Below are positions 25,301 through 40,300 of a DNA stretch of 64,000 bases, one piece after another (the stretch's first letter is position 1; every line of letters starts with the position of its first letter). The stretch is from Eledone cirrhosa (taxonomy: Eukaryota): NCBI GenBank assembly GCA_964016885.1, contig OZ024744.1, forward strand, positions 34,534,001 through 34,598,000, given 5' to 3'. A program made the position numbers and the translations under genes. Under the pieces are notes generated by a model, which searched no databases, was not told where the DNA came from, and worked only from the letters and a program-made list of their open reading frames with translations.

Positions 25301-28300
25301 TGTTACTGAGTAGCTGTACTTTCGTTGTATTACTGAGTAGCTATACTTTCGTTGTGTTACTTATTAGCTGTACTTTCGTTGTGTTACGGAGTAGTTTTAC
25401 TTTCGTTGTATTACTGAGTACCTGTACATTCGTCGTGTTACTTATTAGCTGTACTTTCGTTGTGTTACAGAGTAGCTTTACTTTCGTTGTGTTACTTAGT
25501 AGCTGTACATTCGTTGTGTTACTGAGTAGCTGTACTTTCGCCGTGTTACTGAGTAGCTGTACTTTCGTTGTGTTACTCAGTAGGTGTACTTTCGTTGTGT
25601 TACTGAGTAGCTGTACTTTCGTTGTGTTACTTAGTAGCTGTACATTCGGTGTGTTAGTAGCTTTACTTTCGTTGTGTTACTGAGTAGCTGTATATTCGTT
25701 GTGTTACTTAGTAGCTGTACATTCGTTGTTTTATTTAGAAGCTATACTTTCGTTGTGTTACTGAATAGATATGCTTTCGTTGTGTTACTGAGTAGCTGTA
25801 CTTTCGTTGTTTTACTGAGTAGCTGTACTTTCGTTGTGTTACTGAATAGCTGTACTTTCGTTGTATTAATGAGTAGCTGTACTTTCGTTGTGTTACTGAA
25901 TAGCTGTACTTTCGTTGTGTTACTTAGTAGCTGTACATTCGTTGTGTTTCTTATTAGCTGTACTTTCGTTGTGTTACTGAGTAGCTGTACTTTCGTTGTG
26001 TTACTTAGTAGCTGTACATTCGTTGTATTACTGAGTAGCTGTACATTCGTTGTGTTTCTTATTAGCTGTACTTTCGTTGTGTTACTGAGTATCTATACTT
26101 TCGTTGTGTTACTAAGTAGCTGTACTTTCGTTGTATTACTGAGTAGCTGTACATTCGGTGTGTTACTTAGTAGCTGTACTTTCGCTGTGTTACTGAGTAG
26201 GTGTACTTTCGGAGTGTTACTGAGTAGCTGTACTTTCTTTGTGTTAATGAGTAACTGTACTTTCGTTGTGTTACTGAGTAGCTGTACTTTCGTTGCATTA
26301 CTGGGTAGCTGTACATTCGTTGCGTTACTTACTAGCTGTACATTCGTTGTGTTACTGAGTAGCTGTACGTTCTTTGTGTTACTTAGAAGCTGTACGTTCG
26401 ATGTGTTACTGAGTAGCTGTACATTCGTTGTGTTACTTAGTAGCTGTACATTCGTTGTGTTATTTAGAAGCTATAAGTTCGTTGTGTTACTGAAGAGATA
26501 TACTTTCGTTGTGTTACTGAGTAGCTGTACTTTCGTTGTGTTACTGAGTAGCTGTACTTTCGTTGTGTTACTGAATAGCTGTACTTTCGCTGTGTTACTT
26601 AGTAGCTGTACATTCGTTGTGTTTCTTATTACCTGTACTTTCGTTGTGTTACTGAGTAGCTGTACTTTCGTTGTATTACTGAGTAGATGTATTTCGTTGT
26701 GTTATTGAGTAGCTGTACTTTCGTTGTGTAACTGAGTAACTGTACTTGCGTTGTGTTACTTATTAGCTGTACATTCGTTGTATTACTGAGTAGCAGTACT
26801 TTCGTTGTGTTACTTAGTAGCTGTACATTCGTTGTGTTACTTATTAGCTTTACTTTCGTTGTGTTACTGTGTAGCTGTACTTTCGTTGTGTTACTTAGTA
26901 GCTGTACATTCGTTGTATTACTGAGTAGCTGTACTTTCGTTATGTTACTTAGGAGCTGTACATTGATTGTGTAACAGAGTAGCTGTACTTTTGTTGCGTT
27001 ACTGAGTAGCTGTACTTTCGTTGTGTTACTGATTAGCTGTACATTCGTTGTGTTACTGAGTAACTGTACTTTCGTTGTATTACTGAGTAGCTGTACTTTC
27101 GTTGCGTTACTGACTAGCTGTACATTCGTTGTGTTACTGAGTAGCTGTACGTTCGTTGTGTTACTTAGCAGCTATACGTTCGTTGTGTGACTGAGTAGCT
27201 GTACATTCGTTGTGTTACTTAGTAGCTGTACATTCGTTGTGTTATTTAGAAGCTATACGTTCGTTGTGTTACTGAATAGATATACTTTCGTTGTGTTACT
27301 GAGTAGCTGTACTTTCGTTGTATTACTGAGTAGCTGTACTTTCGTTGTGTTACTGAATAGCTGTACTTTCGTTGTGTTACTTAGTAGCTGTACATTCGTT
27401 GTGTTACTTAGTAGCTGTACTTTCGTTGTTACTGAGTAGCTGTACTTTCGTTGTATTACTGAGTAGATGTATTTCGTTGTGTTACTGAGTAGCTGTACTT
27501 TCGTTGTGTTACTGAGTAACTGTACTTTCGTTGTGTTACTTATTAGCTGTACATTCGTTGTATTACTGAGTAGCTGTACTTTCGTTGTGTTACTGAATAG
27601 CTGTACTTTCGTTGTGTTACTGAGTAGCTGTACTTTCGTTGTGTTACTTAGTAACAGTACATTCGTTGTGTTACTGAGTAGCTGTACATTCGTTGTGTTA
27701 CTGAACAGCTGTACTTTCGTTGTTACTGAGTAGCTGTACTTTCGTTGTATTACTGAGTAGCTATAATTTCGTTGTGTTACTTTGAAGCTGTACTTTCGAT
27801 GTATTACTCTGAGTAGCTGTACTTTCGTTGTGTTACTGAGTAGCTGTACTTTCGTTGTGTTACTTATTAGCTGTAAATTCGTTGTATTACTGAGTAGCGG
27901 TACATTGGTTGTGTTACTGAGTAGCTGTACATTCGTTATGTTACTGAGTAGATGTACCTTCGTTGTGTTACTGAGTAGCTGTACCTTCGTTGTGTTACTG
28001 AGTAGCTGTACCTTCGTTGTGTTACTGAGTAGCTGTACATTCGTTGTGTTACTTAGTATCTATACTTTCGTTGTGTCACTTAGTAGCTTTAAATTCGTTG
28101 TGTTACTGAGTAGCTGTACTTTCGTTGTATTACTGAGTAGCTGTACATTCGTTGTGTTACTGAGTAGTTGTACTTTAGTTGTGTTACTTATTAGCTGTAC
28201 ATTCGTTGTGTTACTGAGTAGCTGTACATTCGTTGTGTTACTGAACAGCTGTACTTTCGTTATTACTTGATAGCTGTACTTTCGCTGTGTTACTGAGTAG

Positions 28301-31300
28301 TTGTACTTTCGTTGTGTTACTGAGTAGCTGTACATTCGTTGTGTTACTGAACAGCTGTACTTTCGTTATTACTTAATAGCTGTACTTTCGCTGTGTTACT
28401 GAGTAGTTGTACTTTCGTTGTGTTACTGAGTAGCTGTACATTCGTTGTGTTACTGAGTAGTTGTACTTTAGTTGTGTTACTTATTAGCTGTACATTCGTT
28501 GTGTTACTGAGTAGCTGTACTTTCGTTGTATTACTGAGTAGTTATACTTTCGTTGTGTTACTTATTAGCTGTACTTTCGTTGTGTTACGGAGTAGCTGTA
28601 CTTTCGTTGTATTACTGAGTACCTGTACATTCGTCGTGTTACTTATTAGCTGTACTTTCGTTGTGTTACAGAGTAGCTTTACTTTCGTTGTGTTACTTAG
28701 TAGCTGTACATTCGTTGTGTTACTGAGTAGCTGTACTTTCGTTGTATTACTGAGTAGCTGTATATTCGGTGTGTTACTTATTAGCTGTACTTTCGCTGTG
28801 TTACAGAGTAGCTGTAATTTCATTGCGTTACTGAGTAGCTGTACTTTCGTTGTGTTACTGAGCAGTTGTACTTTCGTTGTGCTACTGAGTAGCTATACTT
28901 TCGTTGTGTTACTCAGTAGGTGTACTTTAGTTGTGTTACTCAGTAGCTGTACTTTCGTTGTGTTACTTAGTAGCTGTACATTCGGTGTGTTAGTAGCTTT
29001 ACTTTCGTTGTGTTACTGAGTAGCTGTATATTCGTTGTGTTACTTAGTAGCTGTACATTCGTTGTGTTATTTAGAAGCTATACGTTCCTTGTGTTACTTA
29101 GTAGCTGTACATTCGTTGTGTTTCTTATTAGCTGTACTTTCGTTGTGTTACTGAGTAGCTGTACTTTCGCTGTGTTACTTAGTAGCTGTACATTCGTTGT
29201 ATTACTGAGTAGCTGTACATTCGTTGTGTTTTTTATTAGCTGTACTTTCGTTGTGTTACTGTGTAGCTGTACTTTCGTTGTATTACTGAGTAGATGTATT
29301 TCGTTGTGTTACTGAGTAGCTGTACTTTCGTTGTGTTACTGAGTATCTGTACTTTCGTTGTGTTATTTATTAGCTGTACATTCGTTGTATTACTGAGTAG
29401 CTGTATTTTCGTTGTGTTACTTAGAAGCTGTACTTTCTATGTATTACTCTGAGTAGCTGTACTTTCGTTGTGATATTGAGTATCTGTACTTTCGTTGTGT
29501 TACTTATTAGCTGTAAATTCGTTGTATTACTGAGTAGCTGTACTTTCGTTGTGTTACTGAGTAGCTGTACATTCGTTGTGTTACTTAGTAGCTGTACTTT
29601 CGTTGTGTTACTGAGTAGCTGTGCATTCGTTGTGTTACTGAGTAGCTGTACTTTCGTTGTTACTTAGTAGCTGTACTTTCGTTGTGTTACTTAGTAGCTG
29701 TACATTCGTTGTGTTACTTAGTAGCTGTACTTTCGTTGTGTTACTGAGTAGCTGTACATTCGTTGTGTTACTGAGTAGCTGTACTTTCGTTGTGTTACTG
29801 AGTAGCTGTACATTCGTTGTGTTACTTAGTAGCTGTACTTTCGTTGTGTTACTTAGCAGCTATACGTTCGTTGTGTTACTGAGTAGCTGTACATTCGTTG
29901 TGTTACTTAGTAGCTGTACATTCGTTGTGTTATTTAGAAGCTATACGTTCGTAGTGTTACTGAATAGATATACTTTCGTTGTGTTACTGAGTAGCTGTAC
30001 TTTCGTTGTAATACTGAGTAGCTGTACTTTCGTTGTGTTACTGAATAGCTGTACTTTCGTTGTATTACTGAGTAGATGTATTTCGTTGTGTTACTGAGTA
30101 GCTGTACTTTCGTTGTGTTACTGAGTAACTGTACTTTCGTTGTGTTACTTATTAGCTGTACATTCGTTGTATTACTGAGTAGCTGTACTTTCATTGTGTT
30201 ACTTAGTAGCTGTACTTTCGTTGTGTTACTGAGTAGCTGTACTTTCGTTGTGTTACTGAGTAGCTGTACATTCATTGTGTTACTGAGTAGCTGTACTTTC
30301 GTTGTGTTACTTATTAACAGTACATTCGTTGTGTTACTGAGTAGCTGTACATTCGTTGTGTTACTGAACAGCTGTACTTTCGTTGTTCCTTAGTAGCTGT
30401 ACTTTCGTTGTGTTACTGAGTAGTTGTACTCTCGTTGTATTACTGAGTCGCTATACTTTCGTTGTGTTACTTAGAAGCTGTACTTTCGATGTATTACTCT
30501 GAGTAGCTGTACTTTCGTTGTGTTACTGAGTAGCTGTACATTCGTTGTGTTACTTATTAGCTGTAAATTCGTTGTATTACTGAGTAGCGGTACCTTCGTT
30601 GTGTTACTGAGTAACTGTACCTTCGTTGTGTCACTGAGTAGCTGTACCTTCGTTGTGTTACTGAGTAGCTGTACATTCGTTGTGTTACTTAGTATCTATA
30701 CTTTCGTCGTGTTACTTAGTAGCTGTAAATTCGTTGTGTTACTGAGTAGCTGTACATTCGTTGTATTACTGAGTAGCTGTATATTCGGTGTGTTACTTAT
30801 TAGCTGTACTTTCGCTGTGTTACAGAATAGCTGTAATTTCATTGTGTTACTGAGTAGCTGTAATTTCGTTGTGTTATTCAGTAGCTGTACATTCGGTGTG
30901 TTAGTAGCTTTACTTTCGTTGTGTTACTGAGTAGCTGTACATTTGTTGTGTTACTGAGTCGCTGTACTTTCGTTGTGTTACTGAGTAGCTGTACATTCGT
31001 TGTGTTACTGAGAAACGGTACTTTCGTTGTGTTACTGAGTAACTGTAATTTCGTTGTATTACTGAGTAGCTGTACTTTCGTTGTATTACTGAGTAGTTGT
31101 ACATTCGTTGTGTTTCTTATTAGCTGTACTTTTGTTGTGTTACTGAGTAGCTGTACTTTTGTTGTATTACTCAGTAGCTGTACTTTCGTTGTGTTACTTA
31201 GTAGCTGTACTTTTGTTGTATTACTGAGTAGATGTATTTCGTTGTGTTACTGAGTAGCTGTACTTTCGTTGTGTTACTGAGTAACTGTACTTTCGTTGTG

Positions 31301-34300
31301 TTACTTATTAGCTGTACGTTCGCTGTGTTACTGAGTAGCTGTACATTCGTTGTGTTACTTAGTAGCTGTACATTCGTTGTGTTACTTAGGAGCTGTACAT
31401 TCGTTGTGTTACAGAGTAGCTGTACTTTTGTTGCGTTACTGAGTAGATGTACTTTCATTGTTTTACTGAGTAGCTGTACTTTCGTTGCGTTACTGAGTAG
31501 CTGTACTTTCGTTGTGTTACTGAGTAATTGTACTTTCGTTGTGTTACTGAGTAGCTGTACATTCGTTGTATTACTGAGTAGTTGTACTTTAGTTGTGTTA
31601 CTTATTAGCTGTACATTCGTTGTGTTACTGAGTAGCTGTACATTCGTTGTGTTACTGAGTAGCTATACTTTGGTTGTGTTACTAAACAGCTGTACTTTCG
31701 TTATTACTTAGTAGCTGTACTTTCGTTGTGTTACTGAGTAGCTGTACTTTCGTTGTATTACTGAGTAGCTATACTTTGGTTGTGTTACTTATTAGCTGTA
31801 CTTTCGTTGTGTTACGGAGTAGCTGTACTTTCGTTGTATTACTGAGTACCTGTACATTCGTCGTGTAACTTATTAGCTGTACTTTCGTTGTGTTACAGAG
31901 TAGCTTTACTTTCGTTGTGTTACTTAGTAGCTGTACATTCGTTGTGTTACAGAGTAGCTGTACTTTCGTTGTATTACTGAGTAGCTGATATTCGGTGTGT
32001 TACATAGTAGCTGTACTTTCGCTGTGTTACTGAGTAGCTGTACTTTCGTTGTGTTACTCAATAGGTGTACTTTCGTTGTGTTACTGAGTAGCTGTACTTT
32101 CGTTGTGTTACTTAGTAGCTGTACATTCGGTGTATTACTGAGTAGCTGTACATTCGTTGTGCTACTGAGTAGCTGTACATTCGTTGTGTTACTTAGTAGC
32201 TGTAATTTCGTTGTTTTACTTAGTATCTGTACATTCGTTGTGTTACTAAGTAGCTGCACTTTCGTTGTATTACTGAGTAGCTGTACATTCGGTGTGTTAC
32301 TTAGTAGCTGTACTTTCGCTGTGTTACTGAGTAGGTGTACTTTCGGAGTGTTACTGAGTAGCTGTACTTTCGTTGTGTTAATGATTAACTGTACTTTCGT
32401 TGTGTTACTGAGTAGCTGTACTTTCGTTGCATTACTGAGTAGCTGTACATTCGTTGCGTTACTTACTAGCTGTACATTCGTTGTGTTACTGAGTAGCTGT
32501 ACGTTCTTTGTGTTACTTAGAAACTGTACGTTCGTTGTGTTACTGAGTAGCTGTACATTCGTTGTGTTACTTAGTAGCTGTACATTCGTTGTGTTATTTA
32601 GAAGCTATACGTTCTTTGTGTTACTGAAGAGATATACTTTCGTTGTGTTACTGAGTAGCTGTACTTTCGTTGTATTACTGAGTAGCTGAACTTACGTTGT
32701 GTTAGTGAATAGCTGTACTTTCGCTGTGTTACTTAGTAGCTGTACATTCGTTGTGTTTCTTATTACCTGAACTTTCGTTGTGTTACTGAGTAGCTGTACT
32801 TTCCTTGTATTACTGAGTAGATGTATTTCGTTGTGTTATTGAGTAGCTGTACTTTCGTTGTGTTACTGAGTAACTGTACTTTCGTTGTGTTACTTATTAG
32901 CTGTACATTCGTTGTATTACTGAGTAGCAGTACTTTCGTTGTGTTACTTAGTAGCTGTACATTCGTTGTGTTACTTATTAGCTTTACTTTCGTTGTGTTA
33001 CTGTGTAGCTGTACTTTCGTTGTGTTACTTAGTAGCTGTACATTCGTTGTGTTACTGAGTAGCTGTACTTTCGTTATGTTACTCAGGAGCTGTACATTGA
33101 TTGTGTTACAGAGTAGCTGTACTTTTGTTGCGTTACTGAGTAGCTGTACTTTCGTTGTGTTACTGATTAGCTGTACATTCGTTGTGTTACTGAGTAACTG
33201 TACTTTCGTTGTGTTACTGAGTAGCTGTACTTTCGTTGTATTACTGAGTAGCTGTACTTTCGTTGCGTTACTGACTAGCTGTACATTCGTTGTGTTCCTG
33301 AGTAGCTGTACGTTCGTTGTGTTACTTAGCAGCTATACGTTAGTTGTGTGACTGAGTAACTGTACATTCGTTGTGTTACTTAGTAGCTGTACTTTCGTTG
33401 TGTTATTTAGAAGCTATACGTTCGTTGTGTTACTGAATAGATATACTTTCGTTGTGTTACTGAGTAGCTGTACTTTCGTTGTATTACTGAGTAGCTGTAC
33501 TTTCGTTGTGTTACTGAATAGCTGTACTTTCGTTGTGTTACTTAGTAGCTGTACATTCGTTGTGTTACTTAGTAGCTGTACTTTCGTTGTGTTACTGAGC
33601 AGCTGTACTTTCGTTGTATTACTGAGTAGATGAATTTCGTTGTGTTACTGAGTAGCTGTACTTTCGTTGTGTTACTGAGTAACTGTACTTTCGTTGTGTT
33701 ACTTATTAGCAGTACATTCGTTGTATTACTGAGTAGCTGTACTTTCGTTGTGTTACTTAGTAGCTGTACTTTCGTTGTGTTACTTAGTAGCTGTAGATTC
33801 GTTGTGTTACTGAGTAGCTGTACTTTCGTTGTGTTACTGAGTAGCTGTACAGTCGTTGTGTTACTGAGTAGCTGTACTTTCGTTGTGTTACTTATTAACA
33901 GTACATTCGTTGTGTTACTGAGTAGTTGTACATTCGTTGTGTTACTGAACAGCTGTACTTTCGTTGTTACTTAGTAGCTGTACTTTCGTTATATTACTGA
34001 GTAGCTGTACTTTCGTTGTGTTACTTATTAGCTGTAAATTCGTTGTATTACTGAGTAGCGGTACCTTCGTTGTGTTACTGAGTAGCTGTACATTCGTTGT
34101 GTTACTGAGTAGCTGTACCTTCGTTGTGTTACTGAGTAGCTGTAACTTCGTTGTGTTACTGAGTAGCTGTCCCTTCGTTGTGTTACTGAGTAGCTGTACA
34201 TTCGTTGTGTTACTTAGTATCTATACTTTCGTTGTGTTACTTAGTAGCTGTAAATTCGTTGTGTTACTGAGTAGCTGTACTTTCGTTGTATTACTGAGTA

Positions 34301-37300
34301 GCTGTATATTCGGTGTGTTACTTATTAGCTGTACTTTCGCTGTGTTACAGAGTAGCTGTAATTTCATTGTGTTACTGAGTAGCTGTACATTCGGTGTGTT
34401 AGTAGCTTTACTTTCGTTATGTTACTGAGTAGCTGTACATTTGTTGTGTTACTGAGTCGCTGTACTTTCGTTGTGTTACTGAGTAGCTGTACATTCGTTG
34501 TGTTACTGAGAAACGGTACTTTCGTTGTGTTAATGAGTAACTGTACTTTCGTTGTATTACTGAGTAGCTGTACATTCGTTGTGTTACTTAGTAGCTGTAC
34601 ATTCGTTGTGTTTCTTATTTGCTGTACTTTTGTTGTGCTACTTAGTAGCTGTACTTTTGTTGTATTACTGAGTAGATGTATTTCGTTGTGTTACTGAGTA
34701 TCTGTACTTCCGTTGTGTTACTGAGTAACTGTACTTTCGTTGTGTTACTTATTAGCTGTAGTTTCGTTGTGTTACTGAGTAGCTGTACGTTCGTTGTGTT
34801 ACTTAGAAGCTATACGTTCGCTGTGTTACTGAGTAGCTGTACATTCGATTTGTTACTTAGTAGCTGTACATTCGTTGTGTTACTTAGGAGCTGTACATTC
34901 GTTGTGTTACAGAGTAGCTGTACTTTTGTTGCGTTACTGAGTAGCTGTACTTTCGTTGTTTTACTGAGTAGCTGTACTTTCGTTGCGTTACTGAGTAGCT
35001 GTACTTTCGTTGTGTTACTGAGTAGTTGAACTTTCGTTGTGTTACTGAGTAGCTGTACATTCGTTGTGTTACTGAGTAGTTGTACTTTAGTTGTGTTACT
35101 TATTAGCTGTACATTCGTTGTGTTACTGAGTAGCTGTACATTCGTTGTGTTACTGAACAGCTGTACTTTCGTTATTACTTAGGAGCTGTACTTTCGTTGT
35201 GTTACTGAGTAGCTGTACTTTCGTTGTATTACTGAGTAGCTATACTTTCGTTGTGTTACTTATTAGCTGTACTTTCGTTGTGTTACGGAGTAGTTTTACT
35301 TTCGTTGTATTACTGAGTACCTGTACATTCGTCGTGTTACTTATTAGCTGTACTTTCGTTGTGTTACAGAGTAGCTTTACTTTCGTTGTGTTACTTAGTA
35401 GCTGTACATTCGTTGTGTTACTGAGTAGCTGTACTTTCGCCGTGTTACTGAGTAGCTGTACTTTCGTTGTGTTACTCAGTAGGTGTACTTTCGTTGTGTT
35501 ACTGAGTAGCTGTACTTTCGTTGTGTTACTTAGTAGCTGTACATTCGGTGTGTTAGTAGCTTTACTTTCGTTGTGTTACTGAGTAGCTGTATATTCGTTG
35601 TGTTACTTAGTAGCTGTACATTCGTTGTTTTATTTAGAAGCTATACTTTCGTTGTGTTACTGAATAGATATGATTTCGTTGTGTTACTGAGTAGCTGTAC
35701 TTTCGTTGTTTTACTGAGTAGCTGTACTTTCGTTGTGTTACTGAATAGCTGTACTTTCGTTGTATTAATGAGTAGCTGTACTTTCGTTGTGTTACTGAAT
35801 AGCTGTACTTTCGTTGTGTTACTTAGTAGCTGTACATTCGTTGTGTTTCTTATTAGCTGTACTTTCGTTGTGTTACTGAGTAGCTGTACTTTCGTTGTGT
35901 TACTTAGTAGCTGTACATTCGTTGTATTACTGAGTAGCTGTACATTCGTTGTGTTTCTTATTAGCTGTACTTTCGTTGTGTTACTGAGTATCTATACTTT
36001 CGTTGTGTTACTAAGTAGCTGTACTTTCGTTGTATTACTGAGTAGCTGTACATTCGGTGTGTTACTTAGTAGCTGTACTTTCGCTGTGTTACTGAGTAGG
36101 TGTACTTTCGGAGTGTTACTGAGTAGCTGTACTTTCTTTGTGTTAATGAGTAACTGTACTTTCGTTGTGTTACTGAGTAGCTGTACTTTCGTTGCATTAC
36201 TGGGTAGCTGTACATTCGTTGCGTTACTTACTAGCTGTACATTCGTTGTGTTACTGAGTAGCTGTACGTTCTTTGTGTTACTTAGAAGCTGTACGTTCGA
36301 TGTGTTACTGAGTAGCTGTACATTCGTTGTGTTACTTAGTAGCTGTACATTCGTTGTGTTATTTAGAAGCTATAAGTTCGTTGTGTTACTGAAGAGATAT
36401 ACTTTCGTTGTGTTACTGAGTAGCTGTACTTTCGTTGTGTTACTGAGTAGCTGTACTTTCGTTGTGTTACTGAATAGCTGTACTTTCGCTGTGTTACTTA
36501 GTAGCTGTACATTCGTTGTGTTTCTTATTACCTGTACTTTCGTTGTGTTACTGAGTAGCTGTACTTTCGTTGTATTACTGAGTAGATGTATTTCGTTGTG
36601 TTATTGAGTAGCTGTACTTTCGTTGTGTAACTGAGTAACTGTACTTGCGTTGTGTTACTTATTAGCTGTACATTCGTTGTATTACTGAGTAGCAGTACTT
36701 TCGTTGTGTTACTTAGTAGCTGTACATTCGTTGTGTTACTTATTAGCTTTACTTTCGTTGTGTTACTGTGTAGCTGTACTTTCGTTGTGTTACTTAGTAG
36801 CTGTACATTCGTTGTATTACTGAGTAGCTGTACTTTCGTTATGTTACTTAGGAGCTGTACATTGATTGTGTAACAGAGTAGCTGTACTTTTGTTGCGTTA
36901 CTGAGTAGCTGTACTTTCGTTGTGTTACTGATTAGCTGTACATTCGTTGTGTTACTGAGTAACTGTACTTTCGTTGTATTACTGAGTAGCTGTACTTTCG
37001 TTGCGTTACTGACTAGCTGTACATTCGTTGTGTTACTGAGTAGCTGTACGTTCGTTGTGTTACTTAGCAGCTATACGTTCGTTGTGTGACTGAGTAGCTG
37101 TACATTCGTTGTGTTACTTAGTAGCTGTACATTCGTTGTGTTATTTAGAAGCTATACGTTCGTTGTGTTACTGAATAGATATACTTTCGTTGTGTTACTG
37201 AGTAGCTGTACTTTCGTTGTATTACTGAGTAGCTGTACTTTCGTTGTGTTACTGAATAGCTGTACTTTCGTTGTGTTACTTAGTAGCTGTACATTCGTTG

Positions 37301-40300
37301 TGTTACTTAGTAGCTGTACTTTCGTTGTTACTGAGTAGCTGTACTTTCGTTGTATTACTGAGTAGATGTATTTCGTTGTGTTACTGAGTAGCTGTACTTT
37401 CGTTGTGTTACTGAGTAACTGTACTTTCGTTGTGTTACTTATTAGCTGTACATTCGTTGTATTACTGAGTAGCTGTACTTTCGTTGTGTTACTGAATAGC
37501 TGTACTTTCGTTGTGTTACTGAGTAGCTGTACTTTCGTTGTGTTACTTAGTAACAGTACATTCGTTGTGTTACTGAGTAGCTGTACATTCGTTGTGTTAC
37601 TGAACAGCTGTACTTTCGTTGTTACTGAGTAGCTGTACTTTCGTTGTATTACTGAGTAGCTATAATTTCGTTGTGTTACTTTGAAGCTGTACTTTCGATG
37701 TATTACTCTGAGTAGCTGTACTTTCGTTGTGTTACTGAGTAGCTGTACTTTCGTTGTGTTACTTATTAGCTGTAAATTCGTTGTATTACTGAGTAGCGGT
37801 ACATTGGTTGTGTTACTGAGTAGCTGTACATTCGTTATGTTACTGAGTAGATGTACCTTCGTTGTGTTACTGAGTAGCTGTACCTTCGTTGTGTTACTGA
37901 GTAGCTGTACCTTCGTTGTGTTACTGAGTAGCTGTACATTCGTTGTGTTACTTAGTATCTATACTTTCGTTGTGTCACTTAGTAGCTTTAAATTCGTTGT
38001 GTTACTGAGTAGCTGTACTTTCGTTGTATTACTGAGTAGCTGTACATTCGTTGTGTTACTGAGTAGTTGTACTTTAGTTGTGTTACTTATTAGCTGTACA
38101 TTCGTTGTGTTACTGAGTAGCTGTACATTCGTTGTGTTACTGAACAGCTGTACTTTCGTTATTACTTGATAGCTGTACTTTCGCTGTGTTACTGAGTAGT
38201 TGTACTTTCGTTGTGTTACTGAGTAGCTGTACATTCGTTGTGTTACTGAACAGCTGTACTTTCGTTATTACTTAATAGCTGTACTTTCGCTGTGTTACTG
38301 AGTAGTTGTACTTTCGTTGTGTTACTGAGTAGCTGTACATTCGTTGTGTTACTGAGTAGTTGTACTTTAGTTGTGTTACTTATTAGCTGTACATTCGTTG
38401 TGTTACTGAGTAGCTGTACTTTCGTTGTATTACTGAGTAGTTATACTTTCGTTGTGTTACTTATTAGCTGTACTTTCGTTGTGTTACGGAGTAGCTGTAC
38501 TTTCGTTGTATTACTGAGTACCTGTACATTCGTCGTGTTACTTATTAGCTGTACTTTCGTTGTGTTACAGAGTAGCTTTACTTTCGTTGTGTTACTTAGT
38601 AGCTGTACATTCGTTGTGTTACTGAGTAGCTGTACTTTCGTTGTATTACTGAGTAGCTGTATATTCGGTGTGTTACTTATTAGCTGTACTTTCGCTGTGT
38701 TACAGAGTAGCTGTAATTTCATTGCGTTACTGAGTAGCTGTACTTTCGTTGTGTTACTGAGCAGTTGTACTTTCGTTGTGCTACTGAGTAGCTATACTTT
38801 CGTTGTGTTACTCAGTAGGTGTACTTTAGTTGTGTTACTCAGTAGCTGTACTTTCGTTGTGTTACTTAGTAGCTGTACATTCGGTGTGTTAGTAGCTTTA
38901 CTTTCGTTGTGTTACTGAGTAGCTGTATATTCGTTGTGTTACTTAGTAGCTGTACATTCGTTGTGTTATTTAGAAGCTATACGTTCCTTGTGTTACTTAG
39001 TAGCTGTACATTCGTTGTGTTTCTTATTAGCTGTACTTTCGTTGTGTTACTGAGTAGCTGTACTTTCGCTGTGTTACTTAGTAGCTGTACATTCGTTGTA
39101 TTACTGAGTAGCTGTACATTCGTTGTGTTTTTTATTAGCTGTACTTTCGTTGTGTTACTGTGTAGCTGTACTTTCGTTGTATTACTGAGTAGATGTATTT
39201 CGTTGTGTTACTGAGTAGCTGTACTTTCGTTGTGTTACTGAGTATCTGTACTTTCGTTGTGTTATTTATTAGCTGTACATTCGTTGTATTACTGAGTAGC
39301 TGTATTTTCGTTGTGTTACTTAGAAGCTGTACTTTCTATGTATTACTCTGAGTAGCTGTACTTTCGTTGTGATATTGAGTATCTGTACTTTCGTTGTGTT
39401 ACTTATTAGCTGTAAATTCGTTGTATTACTGAGTAGCTGTACTTTCGTTGTGTTACTGAGTAGCTGTACATTCGTTGTGTTACTTAGTAGCTGTACTTTC
39501 GTTGTGTTACTGAGTAGCTGTGCATTCGTTGTGTTACTGAGTAGCTGTACTTTCGTTGTTACTTAGTAGCTGTACTTTCGTTGTGTTACTTAGTAGCTGT
39601 ACATTCGTTGTGTTACTTAGTAGCTGTACTTTCGTTGTGTTACTGAGTAGCTGTACATTCGTTGTGTTACTGAGTAGCTGTACTTTCGTTGTGTTACTGA
39701 GTAGCTGTACATTCGTTGTGTTACTTAGTAGCTGTACTTTCGTTGTGTTACTTAGTAGCTGTACATTCGTTGTGTTACTGAGTAGATGTACTTTCGTTGT
39801 GTTACTGAGTAGCTCTACTTTCGTTGTATTACTTAGTAGCTGTACTTTCGTTGTGTTACTGAGTAGCTGTACATTCGTTGTGTTAATTAGTAGCTGTACA
39901 TTCGTTGTGTTACTTATTATCTGTACATTCGTTGTGTTACTGAGTAGCTGTACTTTCGTTGTGTTACTTAGTAGCTGTACTTTCGTTGTGTTACTTAGAA
40001 GCTGTACTTTCGTTGTCTTACTGAACAGCTGTACTTTCGTTATTACTTAGTAGCTGTACTGTCGTTGTGTTACTGAGTAGCTGTACTTTCGTTCTTACTT
40101 AGTAGCTGTACATTCGTTGTGTTACTGAGTAGCTGTACATTCGTTGTGTTACTGAGTAGCTGTACATTCGTTGTGTTACTTAGTAGCTGTACTTTCGTTG
40201 TGTTACTTAGTAGCTGTACATTCGTTGTGTTACTGAGTAGCTGTACCTTCGTTGTATTACTGAGTAGCTGTATATTCGGTGTGTTACTTAGTAGCTGTAC

